Below the pieces are notes generated by a model. The model had not been told where the DNA came from and ran no database searches. It saw only the letters and a list, made by a program, of their open reading frames with translations. 64,000 nt of DNA from an uncultured Roseburia sp. GTDB lineage: Bacteria; Bacillota; Clostridia; Lachnospirales; Lachnospiraceae. This document shows positions 63,448 to 64,000 of the stretch, one piece after another; the stretch's first letter is position 1, and each line of letters starts with the position of its first letter. The stretch covers positions 8,951-72,950 of the forward strand of contig URUD01000003.1 of NCBI GenBank assembly GCA_900550935.1, in the 5' to 3' direction. Both the position numbers and the translations under genes were made by a program.

Positions 63448-64000
63448 TTACTCTAATTTTACAATCTCTTTTTTTAAACGCACCATGATCTTTTTCTCCA
63501 ATCTTGAAATATAAGACTGCGAGATTCCTAGCATATCTGCTACCTCTTTCTGTGTTTTTTCCTCGCCGTCTAAGGTATTTAACCCAAACCGGAGTTCTAT
63601 GATCATCCGTTCCCTGCCGGAAAGTTTTTCGATCGCGCCTTTTAACAACCGGTGTTCCACATCCGTTTCGATATCACGGTAGATCACATCCTCATCGGTT
63701 CCAAGGATATCCGATAGCAGAAGCTCGTTTCCATCCCAATCCACATTTAACGGCTCATCTATCGAAACTTCCAGACGTGTCTTACTGTTTCTCCTTAAAT
63801 ACATCAGTATCTCATTTTCAATACAGCGCGAAGCATAGGTCGCGAGCTTGATATTTTTATTCGGGTTAAATGTGTTGATCGCCTTAATGAGCCCGATCGT
63901 TCCGATCGAGATCAGATCTTCGACCCCGACTCCGGTATTGTCAAATTTCTTTGCTATGTATACGACCAGACGCAAATTATGTTCGATCAGCCGTTTACGG
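63448..64000 (-). CDS. sigE: RNA polymerase sporulation sigma factor E (5' part outside window)
   Basis: [51 protein letters not shown]. Confidence 0.96.
   Translation of the reverse strand, partial: RKRLIEHNLRLVVYIAKKFDNTGVGVEDLISIGTIGLIKAINTFNPNKNIKLATYASRCIENEILMYLRRNSKTRLEVSIDEPLNVDWDGNELLLSDILGTDEDVIYRDIETDVEHRLLKGAIEKLSGRERMIIELRFGLNTLDGEEKTQKEVADMLGISQSYISRLEKKIMVRLKKEIVKLE

Overview
Chromosomal window from a spore-forming Clostridia, probably Lachnospiraceae (inferred from gene content); nearly all genes are on the - strand. Core blocks: asp23-nusB-xseAB-ispA-dxs-tlyA-nadK-argR-recN-spoIVB; metA, ligA, a pseudouridine synthase, tRNA-Arg(CCG); MarR plus a heterodimeric ABC exporter; aroD and DAHP synthase; xerD, spoIIM, NUDIX; recA-recX-rny; prfC, deoB; spoIIIAA-AH; argS; sigG and sigE. 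An integrase-free accessory tract (~11.0-19.8 kb) holds two YefM-YoeB type II TA pairs, a type I TA-like locus missing from the ORF track (28-aa hydrophobic peptide plus a convergent antisense RNA with its own promoter and terminator, and a LexA-like box), a 1665-aa LRR surface protein with a structured leader and divergent HTH regulator, a membrane-anchored GNAT cassette between duplicated terminator hairpins, and a stand-alone ~97-nt structured RNA. Also present: a four-gene cellulose synthase/O-acetylation operon lacking a glucanase, a DapF-like protein with both catalytic Cys replaced by Ser, and a sigG that is inverted relative to and separated from sigE. Many start codons were re-chosen from RBS evidence. 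All calls come from reading motifs by eye; no database searches were run.
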